A stretch of DNA of 34,414 nucleotides. Source: Octopus sinensis (Eukaryota). Position numbers and translations under genes: made by a program. The DNA is taken from the NCBI RefSeq assembly GCF_006345805.1, contig NW_021831711.1, positions 1 to 34,414 of the forward strand. The letters are read 5' to 3'. The notes beneath the pieces were generated by a model, which ran no database searches, was not told where the DNA came from, and saw only the letters and a program-made list of their open reading frames with translations. How positions within the stretch are numbered: the first letter of the stretch is position 1; each line of letters begins with the position of its first letter. This document shows, piece by piece, positions 20,499 through 31,360 of the stretch.

Positions 20499-23400
20499 TA
20501 TATGTTGAGCTAAAGGCTGAAAGCAGAGCTGAGGCGATTTTCTTCAAAGAATTGAATCTTTCAGGCAACGTCTTCCAGCGATTGAAGATGGCCACTGACT
20601 TCTCTAAGCTGCTTCTTTCAAGAGATTTTCGCAATTCCATAAATTTTTTCCCCCATAATTCTGAAGTGGTTAATTCAAGTATTTCCACTTCAAAACTATC
20701 TTGTATATTTGTTTTTTAGCCAAAATGTGATAGATGAAATGGGTTCGTTTTCAAATCCATCAAAGTCGGGTTTCATGAGAAACGAAAATATAGGAGCGTC
20801 TGTTTCGAAATCTTTATCTCACTTGGAAAATTCTTCTTTCAACGTTGCAACATATTTTTGAAGTTCATTTTTATTAAATATTAAATCGATTTGAATAAAC
20901 TTTTACATTTGCAAAGTATTTTTAAATATATCTAAGTGTATCAAGCAAAAAAATCTTATTTTAACAAAAATCCTTCCTAATATTCAAAAACATCAAGTAT
21001 TGTTTGACCTCTCTCTTGTAAATGCAAATTTTAATCATTCAAGTGACTGTCAGTTAGAAGCATCAGTTTAAATAAACCGTCTTCGTTGTTTAATTCTGGA
21101 AACTGTTTCCTTTCAAGAAATATTCTTCTAAGCATGATACAAATCTGTTCAAAACATTACCCCGACAAAGCCAACGGACTGTAAGGACCGTGCGATGTGA
21201 GGTGACAAGAATGGCTTTTTAGTACCACATCACAGAGCCCTTAAAATAAAGAGAAAATTGATAGTAGCCTCTATTTGCCTGATGGAAAAAGGAGTCAACT
21301 GCGTAGAATGATTAAAAGAAGATTTTTTGATATGTTAACAGATGTGTCTGTGTGTGCATCATGTATACTGAACGATAGACAGGCCGTCATGAGAACAGAA
21401 TGTATGCGTGTGGGTTCATAGATGTAGGAGACAGTTACATGTTGAACGTGATGTCGTGGCTGTGATGCTGCTACCTGGGTAACTTGTACAGGAGTTCATA
21501 CTGGTTGTATATTTGTTGTTGACCCATGGTGAAGTAATTCACGAACAGTGAAGTGTTGGAACCTGGGTGAATCGCGTGCAGAGCTGTGTACGTAGAGAGA
21601 TGATGCTGACGATGTTAAGGACATGATGGTAGCGACGAAGTCGGAGGTTGTTGGAATGCTGTTGGACAAATTTGGTAAGTCTCTAGAACTGGCTGTGTCC
21701 TTGTGGTCAGTGGCTAGACCTTAAAAGGTCTGGAACCAAAAGACCTCGAAAACAGAAAAGGCTGAGTTTTTATAAGGAGACTTAGGCTAAAACGGGGTAG
21801 TGAACAGGCTGTCGCACGTGATCGTATTTAGGGACTCCGACTGGTTATACGCGGCAGTTTGGCGCGACACATTGCGCCAATATCAACTAATCAGAGTAGT
21901 GGACAGAACGGGATCCAAATAGCGGCAAAAGGCTAGCTGTTTCCTGCTACGCTCGAATGCACGTATATATAATAAATGGGAGAGAGGAATTTCAACCGAG
22001 TCTACGCTGCAGGGCTTTACTGTGAAGTGGGATGTCTGCATATTCACTGTCCAGTTCTTGCAGAAGAAACTTAAATTGTCTGTGAGTCAGTGAAGAGCGA
22101 GAAACCATGAAGTTAACTATTTTAACAACAATTTCCACGACAGAACTCAAGCTTTGTGACGAAAGTTTTGCATCTAAATTTTCCTGATGTACAATGCAAT
22201 TAAAACACATTACACTGCGTGAAATATGATTTTCAAGACGCTTAATAAATCTTTTTTTCTTTTCCAACCATTGCACGTGAACCACCAGTAGTAATACAAA
22301 ATATTTTATTTATATTAATGGCTTGATTTTCGAAATAATTTAGAAATGCAGTCAGAATGTCCTGTCCTGTAGATGTATTGGTAAGAGGAATAATCAAACA
22401 ACATGATTCTTCGTAAATACGATCATTGTCACAATATCTTGCAACAATTGCTAGGTGCGCCATGTCATTCACTTGAGTACTTTCATCGATAGGGGTCGCT
22501 GAATGCAGCAGCTTTTTGTAATCTAACTTTCTGTGTTATAATTATGTTTTCAGCTATATCAGTTACACGTCTCTCAACTGATCATGCAGAAGTTGGTATT
22601 TCTTGAATTCGAGACAGTATTTATTCGGCGTTTGCTTAATCACTGAACAAAACTTTTGCACTTCTCAGAAAATCTTTTTTGATAAATTCTCCGACTGTAA
22701 AAGGTTTACCTTTCTCAACTGTACATTGAGCAATTGTCTAACTACATTATTTGGCTTCATTGTTGGTTCCAAGCATTTGAACAAAAACAGAAGTGCTTTA
22801 TTTGTAACTAGAAATAGCCCTTTTTATGATTTGCATTTTATCATCAGCGTTTTTAGACATAGTCTGGTGTCTTGTTTGATAGTGTCTTTGTACACTTGAT
22901 GTACGTCATACGACAAATTCACAGCAGAACGCACACATAACTCGATGATTTTGTTGTACAAATCCATGCTCAGTGCTCCAGAAATCTTGAAATGAACGAA
23001 CGTCAAATTTTGGTCCTTTGTTATGCAATTTGCTGCACTATATATTGATAATTGATATGACAGGTGTATAAACCCTTAAATTAGGTTCAACAAATAAAAA
23101 TAACTAAATAAAATAATTAGAATAAAATAAATAGTAAAAAAGAATGAAATTAATTTAATGAATTAATTTTTGTAATGATAAAATAATTAGATTAAAATAA
23201 ATGATATGAATAAACAAAAAAATATATACCCAAAAGATCAGACAACTTGACTCCCGAAGGAGAAATTGAAACCTAAGAAAATAACTTTTCATGATTATTT
23301 CCTTTTGAAAACCCTACTCGTTATCGCTTTTTCTTCCCAAACTGAAAGAATAATTTTAAAAGCGTCTACTTATAGACGACCCGCATTGTAGCAGCCGATT

Positions 23401-23857
23401 TTATAGAGTGTCTTTATTTAGACTGGCTGCTGTAAAGTGGTCAACCAAGTTTAACATATTATGATCTGCACTGCTAAATATACAGCCGAGTTCGAAACAA
23501 CAAGCGTTCGCACCTCTAGCTCCCGGCTTCAGTAATAAAGTCCATAGAAATGCTTTCAGCTCCAGCTTACAAACAAATTAATTGTGCTAACATTCATAAT
23601 TTCGTATCAAAATTGTGTTCAGTAGTACTATATTTTTAAGGAAATGTAATACTACCAAATACAACTAACTTCAGATAGTTTAGGCTAGAATAGATGGATC
23701 GTAAAAAAGATATGTAAATTAATTATTATGATGTCGCTTCCTCAGAGTTAGTTATAAATAAAAATTTACTTTTATTTTTTGCCAAGTGGTGTACATGCCA
23801 TTGTGAATTGTTCCGCGTGCTACACATGACACGCGTGCCACAGGTTACAGACGCCTC
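20499..23857 (-). mobile_element. Charlie/SPIN-type hAT transposon, decayed and interrupted, 3' end missing
   Basis: Minus strand: EKGKPFTVGEFIK; DESTQVNDMAHLAI; CIVHQENL; HRQFK..DSEY.D.PLHSKVRWLCRG; SALLSAFSSTY. Terminal-like gtggcacgcgtg region ends at 23857, followed by gtctagac, matching the NTCTAGAN target preference of Charlie-group hATs. Confidence 0.85.
21180..22011. mobile_element. Putative solo LTR (832 bp) inserted in the hAT transposase
   Basis: TG...CA termini and 4-bp flanks GGAC/GGGC. Its removal restores the hAT codons HSKVRWLCRG. AATAAA lies at 21971, about 35 bp before the right end. Confidence 0.75.
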
Positions 23858-24100
23858 GTCTAGACACTCCAAGGAAAACCTCCAGACGTCTGAAGATGTT
23901 CAGCTATCCGGAACGTGTCGAGGCATAAACAGCCACCAGACTGAGGACACCTCCGTTACTACTGTTCACGACGTCCAGGACCACCAACTTACCTTCTGAG
24001 TCCAAGAAGATAATCTTTGTGTTGAGATCCAGGCGTCTCTGGGACAACACTGCCATTCCACCCCCGCCCCCCCCTCATTCCCGTTTGACATGGAAATAAA
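23858..24100 (-). mobile_element. L1/Tx1-like APE endonuclease fragment
   Basis: Minus strand MAVLSQRRLDLNTKIIFLDSEGKLVVLDV..LSLVAVYA..IFRRLEVFLG. Confidence 0.75.
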
Positions 24101-24102
24101 TA

Positions 24103-25260
24103 TCAGGCTGAGTAAAAAGTAAGCAACGTTTTGAAACATGAAATTCATCACAATGTATTTCAGCAATGCGGAAATTTTATTCATCAAAGTCTGTACCATT
24201 ACTATAAACACATTTTTGCCAATGAGTTACAAAGTTTGTTTATTCCGTTAACATAAAAATCTGGAGTTCTGGAGCTGATGAACTCTTTGAACGCGCTTTC
24301 AGCATCGGTTTGATTTTTGAACTCCTTCTCTCGAAGGAAACCATAAAGATACTTGAAAAAGTGATAGACGTTGGGAGAAAGGTCTGGGGAATAAGCTGAG
24401 TAGGGAAGAACTTCGTAGCCAGTTTCCCTAAACTTCTGGAGCGTCATTAGTGAAACGTGTGGTCGAGTATTGTCATGAAGAATGATTGGCCCTCTTCTGT
24501 TGACCAGTCTGAGACAGAGGAGTAGCAGTTTTTCGTTCATATTGGCAATTTCTTGGTAATATGTTACTGCAGGAATGAATTTTCTGGGTTTTAATAAGTT
24601 ATAGTGGATGAGTCCAACAGCACATCACTAAATACTCACCATAACCTCTTTTTTGAAGCGATCGGGTTTAGGGAAGTTTTTCGGTGCTTCATTTAGGTCC
24701 ATCCACTGCGAAAAACATTTTCTATTATTATACAGAATCTACTTTTCATCGCAAATACGGTCAAGAAATGGATCGGTCTGGTTTCGGAGAAGAAGCGACG
24801 AGCACATTTCATAAGTTCACATTTTCTGATTTTCATTCAAATCGTGTGGTATTCATTTGTCGAGCTTTTCTGATTTTCCGATCGCATGCAAATGGTTTCA
24901 GGCATTTTCTGGCTGACTTGAAGTTCTTTTGCCAGTTCTCGAGTGGTTTTACGTGGGTCTTTCTCAATGACAATCTTCAGTTGACCGTCATCGATGACAG
25001 ACGGGCGTCCACTACGCTCAAGATCTTCAGGTTTCCACTGCGAAATCGTTTAAGCCATTTTCAAACTGACCACTCACTGGTCATTTCCTCACCAAACGTT
25101 TCGTTGACATCGTGAGCAGTTTCAGCTGCTTTACATCCTCTTTTGATGTTGAATAGCAAAATTGCTCGAATATCGCGCTTTGACAGTTCCATTTCAGATG
25201 ATTGAAACAACGGTGAAAAAATATCAATGTTAATTTATTGATGCATTTGGGCAAGTCTAT
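24103..25260 (-). mobile_element. Mariner (D,D34D) transposon, decayed near-full-length copy
   Basis: ATG at 25192 (MELSKRDIRAILLF); SGRP; CDEK; HDNTRPH; YSPDLSP..YHFF. TA plus TIR tcaggctgagtaaaaagtaa at 24101-24122; right TIR degenerate. Confidence 0.9.
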
Positions 25261-25289
25261 GTCTGTATTGTCTGTGTGTTTTGGGTTCT

Positions 25290-26375
25290 GTTTCTTTTTC
25301 TTTTGTGTGTTCAGGCGACCTCTTGCCATTTTGGTCTTTCGTCGTCCCTATCAGCGCAAGGTATGTCTGAGTGTTCCGAACAGGGGAGGGGCAAATCTTG
25401 TAGAGCTTTTTGGCGTTGTCCTATTCATAAAGTTGTTGCTTTTTTTGGTGATGGGGACCGGGGATGATGTTGTTGTTTTTGCTGCTGCCCGTGCTGCTGC
25501 GATTAGTGTTGCTGCTACTGTTACTATTGATTTTGTAGCCGCGATGGTCACCTGCCTCTGTTGGTGCTGTTGCTATTGTTGTTATTGTTGCTGTGGTGGT
25601 GGCGGTGGTGGTGGTGTTGATGATGTTGGCAAAATTGAGAGGCTCCTTTCTCTAATTTGTTGTGGGCAATAGAGGAATTTTAGATGATTTGTGTTCCCAC
25701 ACAGATGATACCGAAACCATCAGCTTTCAAAGGCCACGTGGCGGTTGGTGCCAACGTGTGAATTTATGATATCTGGAATTGTGTCCAGACTTTGGCTGTC
25801 CATTTTCACCCACAATTTTAGGCCTTGACCCGAATAGTTTTGTTTGTAAAGTTTCCGCATCTGTAAGATGCTCGTTTTGACCTATATGTCCAAGAGGACA
25901 GCTACCACCAAGAATCAGCTGTCTATTTCAGGTGGTGTGTCTTCTTTTTTAGTGTCAAAGTCGATTGATTCCTTGCCTTCTCTTCATTTTTCTGTTATGT
26001 TTTTGTTGGTGCTGATGGTTGTGATGTTGTTGTTGTTGTTGCTACTACTGCTGCTGCTGCTGCTGTCTTTGCTTTGTTTCTCAAAAATATTCAGAAGCGG
26101 AGGTGACAAAATGTCAAAACGGATGATGTAAGAACCTTTACTTGCCTCGATTTGGGAAGCCAGACTGAACTTTTTCTTTTTAAAATATAAATTTGTAGCT
26201 TTTAAAACTCAAACTTCACCTTTAAGGGGCGAATTCTGGCCACCGCAGCTAGCCCAGCTTACAGCGAGTTGGGTTCTGTCGTCAATAAAATTTTGAAAAT
26301 AGACATTGGAACAACAAATTCTAAGGAAAACTTAGAGCTCCGAACAACTAGTCTCCAAACCGGACACAGATAAGA
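25290..26375 (-). mobile_element. L1/Tx1-like 5'UTR and decayed ORF1 (gag-like)
   Basis: Minus strand PPEIDS..LQMRKL..GQGLKLWV..LDTIPDII..YHLCGNTNHLK..CP (decayed CCHC knuckle), a Pro/Thr/Gln-rich tract, then KWQEVA. Same strand as the APE fragment at 23858-24100. Confidence 0.6.
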
Positions 26376-26389
26376 ATAATAATAACAAT

Positions 26390-26717
26390 AAAGAAACGGA
26401 AAAACTCTCAAAATACAAAGACCTAGAAATAGAGGTAACCATAATGTGTAATCTAAAAACAGAAACAATTCCTATCATAGTAGGTGCATTAGGCATGATA
26501 AAGAAATATTCAGACAAATACATAACAAAAACACCAGGACTTACAAACACATATAACATACAGAAAATTGCACTACTAGGCACTGCACACATCCTACGCA
26601 GAACACTTTCAATACAATAACCACCAGAGCATCACAACAAATCACAGCACATACCCAAGGCACACAGAGCTGCGCTTAGTAGTGAAGTGAAAGCACGCTG
26701 TAAAAATAAAACTACTG
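26390..26717 (+). mobile_element. R4/Dong-like RLE retrotransposon 3' end, copy 2
   Basis: Near-identical to 3890-4218. (AAT)-like tract upstream (26375-26389) and long (AAT)n downstream. Confidence 0.85.
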
Positions 26718-26727
26718 AATGATAATG

Positions 26728-26761
<34 letters not shown>

Positions 26762-26864
26762 CAACAATAACAATAACAATAATAATGATAACAATAATAA
26801 TAATAATAATATTAATAATAATAATAATAATATAATAATAATAATGATAATAATAATAATAATA

Positions 26865-27418
26865 GCCCTGATGCAGTACCAGGCAATGGCTCTCATGGCT
26901 TCTGATCTTAACTGATTGGAAGTGTTATCATGTACATTGTTTTGTCTTGGTATAAAAGATGGGCTAGAGCAAATATTCTGCTCAATACCATAGATTTGCT
27001 TGTCAGTTGTTTGACCTTAACCAGTTGAGCATGTCCCTTAGTGGCTGACGATATGTGCATCTCTGATCACGAGCAGAAGTAGTGGGGGAGCATCATAGCC
27101 ATGTGTTGAGAGGGATTCTTTGGGGTTTGAACAATTCACCTCTGGAAACATGGGTGGTTCTTTCAACATCCTTAAACAACCCTTATTCAGGGACCGCTTG
27201 AGCGGGATGGGCTACTCAACCTGAAGAAAATTCGAACTGGGCCCCACCTGCAAGGTCATGTGCTGTTTATCTTGATATGAGATCACCATGTCGCGCACAT
27301 ATGGTTGTGATGCATGTGCCTGGTGTTCCCTTATCAGACGGGTAGTCATGATGGGTATATTGGGCTTCGTATATTTTACCCCAGTGTCACTTTGATGGCA
27401 TGAACTGCTCTCTCACTC
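26865..27418 (+). mobile_element. 554-bp unclassified non-autonomous element in (AAT)n, full copy
   Basis: Starts gccctgatgcagtacc and ends gctctctcactc-(AAT)n; same ends as the next copy. Confidence 0.9.
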
Positions 27419-27450
27419 AATAATAATAATAATAATAATGATAATAAAAT

Positions 27451-28004
27451 GCCCTGATGCAGTACCATACAGTGGCCCTCATGGCTTCTGATCTTAACTG
27501 ATTGGAAGTGTTATCATGTACATTGTTTTGTCTTGGTATAAAAGATGGGCTACAGCAAATATTCTGCTCAATACCACAGATTTGCTTGACAGTTGTTTGA
27601 CTTTAACCAGTTGAGCATGTCCCTTAGTGACTGACGATATGTGCATCTCTGATCACGAGCAGAAGTAGTGGGGGAGCATCATAGACATATGTTGAGAGGA
27701 ATTCTTTGGGGCTTGAATAATTCACCTTTGGAAACATGGGTGGTTCGTTCAACATCCTTAAACAACCCTTATTCAGGGACCTTTTGAGCGGGATGGGTTA
27801 CTCGACCAGAAGAAAATTATAACTGGGCCCCACCTGCAAGATCATGTGCTGTTTATCTTGATATGAAATCGCCATGTTGCGCCCATATGGTTTTGATGCA
27901 TGTGCCTGGTGTACACTTATCAGACGGGTAGTCATGATGTGTATACTGGGTATCGTATATTTTACCCCAGTGTCACTGTGATGGCATGCACTGCTCTCTC
28001 ACTC
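27451..28004 (+). mobile_element. 554-bp unclassified non-autonomous element, second full copy
   Basis: Same ends and length; many scattered substitutions relative to 26865-27418; separated from it by about 32 bp of (AAT)n. Confidence 0.9.
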
Positions 28005-28174
28005 AATAATATTAATGATGATGATGATGATGATGGTGATGATGATATTAAAAATAATAATGATAATAATAATAATAAAATTAAAATAAATATAATGATA
28101 ATAATAATAATAATAGTAGTAGTAGTAGTAGTGTAGTAGTAGGTGTTGTAGTAGTAGTAGTAGTAGTAGTAGGT

Positions 28175-28230
<56 letters not shown>
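28005..28230. repeat. Compound (GAT)n/(AAT)n/(AGT)n microsatellite
   Basis: Direct reading. Confidence 0.95.
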
Positions 28231-28399
28231 TGATATGAAGTGAGATGATGTTGTGACGGTGTTGATGGCGAGTTGGTCAGTTGTGTTAAGTTCTTGAATG
28301 TAAAGGAAGGCTATTTTAATGTTAAGCAAAAACAACAAAATTAGAAATATCTGATATATATATATATATGTGTGTGTGTGTATATATATATATACATAC

Positions 28400-28590
28400 A
28401 GGGAGAATTCACAAAAAAACGAAACAAAAGACGAAGACAGGTGGTGTAGAAGACAACCTGATGTATTAGTATAACGCTCGGGAAGTGAAAACGTTTTTAA
28501 CGTTTCGAGCCTACGCTCTTCCACAGAAAGGAACGCGGAAAGAAATAGGGAGAGAATAAAAGAAAAAAAGTGGCTAGCGATCTATCAAAA
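28400..28590 (-). mobile_element. Penelope-type terminal fragment with hammerhead-like motif
   Basis: Minus strand CTGTGGA-A-GAGC-GTAG-GCTC-GAAA-CGTT at 28526-28499. Confidence 0.4.
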
Positions 28591-28871
28591 CATACATACA
28601 TACACATACATACATACATAATACATACATACATACATACATACATACATACATACATACATAGTACATACGTAGATACATACATATAAAGAGAGAGAGA
28701 GAGAAAGAGAGAGAGAGTTTGAAGTGATGTACATATATATAGTTATCGATAATGGAAGCAAGCGCTAAAATGTAAATAGAATTTAAATACCTAAAAAAAT
28801 ATATAATTATCCAACGTTTTGAATACCTTATTATTCTCTCTCTCTTTCTCACACTCTCTCTTTCTCACACA

Positions 28872-28919
<48 letters not shown>

Positions 28920-29132
28920 GTGTGTGTGTGTATGTGTGTAAGGGGAGAGAGATGTATAAATTGTTAGATACATAGATATTAGTGTATAAGTAATTTTCTG
29001 AGCTTTTTAATTTGTTTTGCTGTCAATGTTTCTTTTGTTGTTGTTGTTGTTTCCTTATCCACTTTCTTTATTTTCTTGTGTCTATTAGTGTCCCCAAAGA
29101 AATTTGCTTTGTTTGATGTAGGTCCATTTGTT

Positions 29133-29937
29133 CACTAGCAGTATTGCCCGGCTCGTGCGCTCGTGCGTTCTATGCACGCACGAATTAAGCTAAACTTGGT
29201 TTTAAAATCAAGCATTTAATGCCCCCTATTTTTGCACTTATGTGTTCCATTTCCTCAATAGGAAGTACGTAGAAGCGTTTCATAAATTTTTGTTGATCAA
29301 ATAATTGCATTGTTGAATTATTCTTTTAGATCAGTATTTCTCAACGGGGATATCAGGGGAGAGTTTCAGGGAGTCGCTGGCGATATATTGTGATGATCAA
29401 AAATCCGGCCGGCTAAAATTTGGTTAGTGATTCAAACTGCAGACTCAACGCAAAATGGTCACATTTAATTCAAAGCGTTAAAAATGTTATGAAAACAATT
29501 GGCATGAGTTCACAAAGTCCAAACGATTAATACGAAAAAACCCTCCAGGCTACATCCCGAAAATTCATTTCTTAGACGAATTTCTACAATGTTTACGGCG
29601 ATTCGTTTTTATATCTTGATTATTTATTTTTCATGCAATTTACGCATGCTTGCATGCGTGGTGAACACAGTTCACGTCAAACAGCTGACTGAGTAAAGTT
29701 CACTATTCAATGCATGGGATAAGGCCTAAACAAACACATTATCGATTTTTGCACTTGCGAGATGAATTTCGGAACAGAAATAGCGCAGTTCAATTTTCAT
29801 TCACCTAAACTTTAAGTGACCCAATTTTGGTGGTTCTACGATTTGTTGGCTAGGAGGAGATGTGCCGGGAAGTTAAACACACAGGCACACACACAGATAC
29901 ACAGACAGACACACAAGTTGAGTTTTATATACATAGA
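29133..29937 (+). mobile_element. Possible Helentron-associated (DINE-1/HINE-like) non-autonomous element, interrupted
   Basis: Start cactagcagtattgcccggc; end acagacagac..gagttttatatacataga, resembling HINE termini (recall). Internal part is not clearly alignable. Confidence 0.4.
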
Positions 29938-30214
29938 CTTACGTTCATGCTTTATTCTTGTTTTCAGGAAAAAAAAGTAAGTAAAATGAAATCATGAAAG
30001 TGTCTTTGAGGAAAAATTTGTATGAACGCTTCTAAACCTGGGGTACAGGAAAAATTCCTTTGTTACAATACAGTTGCTTGTGGGGTCCCATCGGATTTAA
30101 CGACCCAACCGGGTTTACAACCACTGCGTATTTAGGGTCCACGAAACTCATGGTTCGTTAGTTTTGTAAATATATTAGACCCCCCGAGTATGGTTACAGA
30201 TGTGTGTAGGAGTG

Positions 30215-30218
<4 letters not shown>

Positions 30219-30268
<50 letters not shown>
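30219..30268. repeat. (GT)n microsatellite
   Basis: Direct reading. Confidence 0.95.
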
Positions 30269-30272
<4 letters not shown>

Positions 30273-30501
30273 GTGTTTTCTTTGATATTATTACGCGTTA
30301 AAAAAAAAGCTATAATATTTTTATAAATTTCTTCACACTAATTTATCGAAATTTAATTTTTTAGCTTTAAATATCCAATCACGAAAACAAAAATATATTT
30401 GTCATGTGGAACAGGGGTGAATTTTAGTTGCTTCGGAAAATCTGCAATTTGAAGTTAATAACATTGAAATCTCTGACATTTCCTATTTTCTTCTTTTACA
30501 G

Positions 30502-30710
30502 ATAAATCTACGCCTGGCAATATGTTTCACCACGTAGTATCATATAGACGGTCTCTTGTGTTGATACTGTACGATATTGTTTTTGGAGACTCAAGCTGAT
30601 TCAGATATATGCAAGATATGTACTTGCAATTCACTTACAACGAGAATAAATTGTGCACGTCGCAATTTACAATCAATTCCACAACCAATTCCGACGAATG
30701 TTAAATATTT
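30502..30710 (+). other. Candidate exon (non-coding or pseudogenic)
   Basis: Branch-point-like CTCTGAC at 30471, polypyrimidine tract plus CAG ending 30501, GTAAGT donor at 30711. All three frames contain stops. Confidence 0.35.
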
Positions 30711-31145
30711 GTAAGTATTTGACACTTTCTACGTATTTTCCACATCCAATATTTTAAATTCTCATTGATTATGTTCTCAGCTAATCGCTTATGCTGTTTA
30801 TCTCACAGATTTAAGCACAATCTTATGTTAGAGTAAAACAAATCGATATGTTACCTGCTGTGAAGTCAAATAAACTGTTTCTTACCATATTGAATTTATA
30901 ATGTATAACATTGCATACACAGAGATTGGATATGACTAGTATCTGTCTTTGATGTTATTTGTCTGAACTGATCAAATATTACGGTATATTCAATGAACGG
31001 ACAGTATAAAAACTTTAGTGCTAAGAAAACGTGTATTCCACATAGTTATATTATATCATTAATTAGTTGAATTGTTGCTTTATCAGTTGATCGTGTCACA
31101 GAATAATTGTTAATTATTGTTTGTGTTAGTTTTATAATAGAATAT

Positions 31146-31360
31146 GCAGCGAGCTATCAGAATCGTTGTGCACGCCAGACAAAATGTTAAGCGGTATTTC
31201 GTTCGTCTTTACGTTTCGATTTTAAATTCTGTCGAGGTTGACTTTCTTTTTCATTCTTTTGGAGTCGGTAAAATAAATAGCAATTAATCTCTGAGATCAA
31301 TGTAAAGGACTTGTCCCTTTCCCAAAATTTCAGGTTTGTTCCTATGGAAGAAATTATTAT
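31146..31360 (+). mobile_element. Diverged SINE family 2
   Basis: gcagcgagctatcagaatcgtt..gcggtatttcg..gaggttgactttc..cccaaaatttcagg..aaattattatt; homologous to the reverse complement of 17210-17415. Confidence 0.75.

Noticed and set aside
25238-26131. Plus-strand 144-aa and 87-aa hydrophobic or Cys/Gly-rich ORFs
   Set aside because: Antisense frames of the decayed Tx1-like ORF1 and its trinucleotide tracts.
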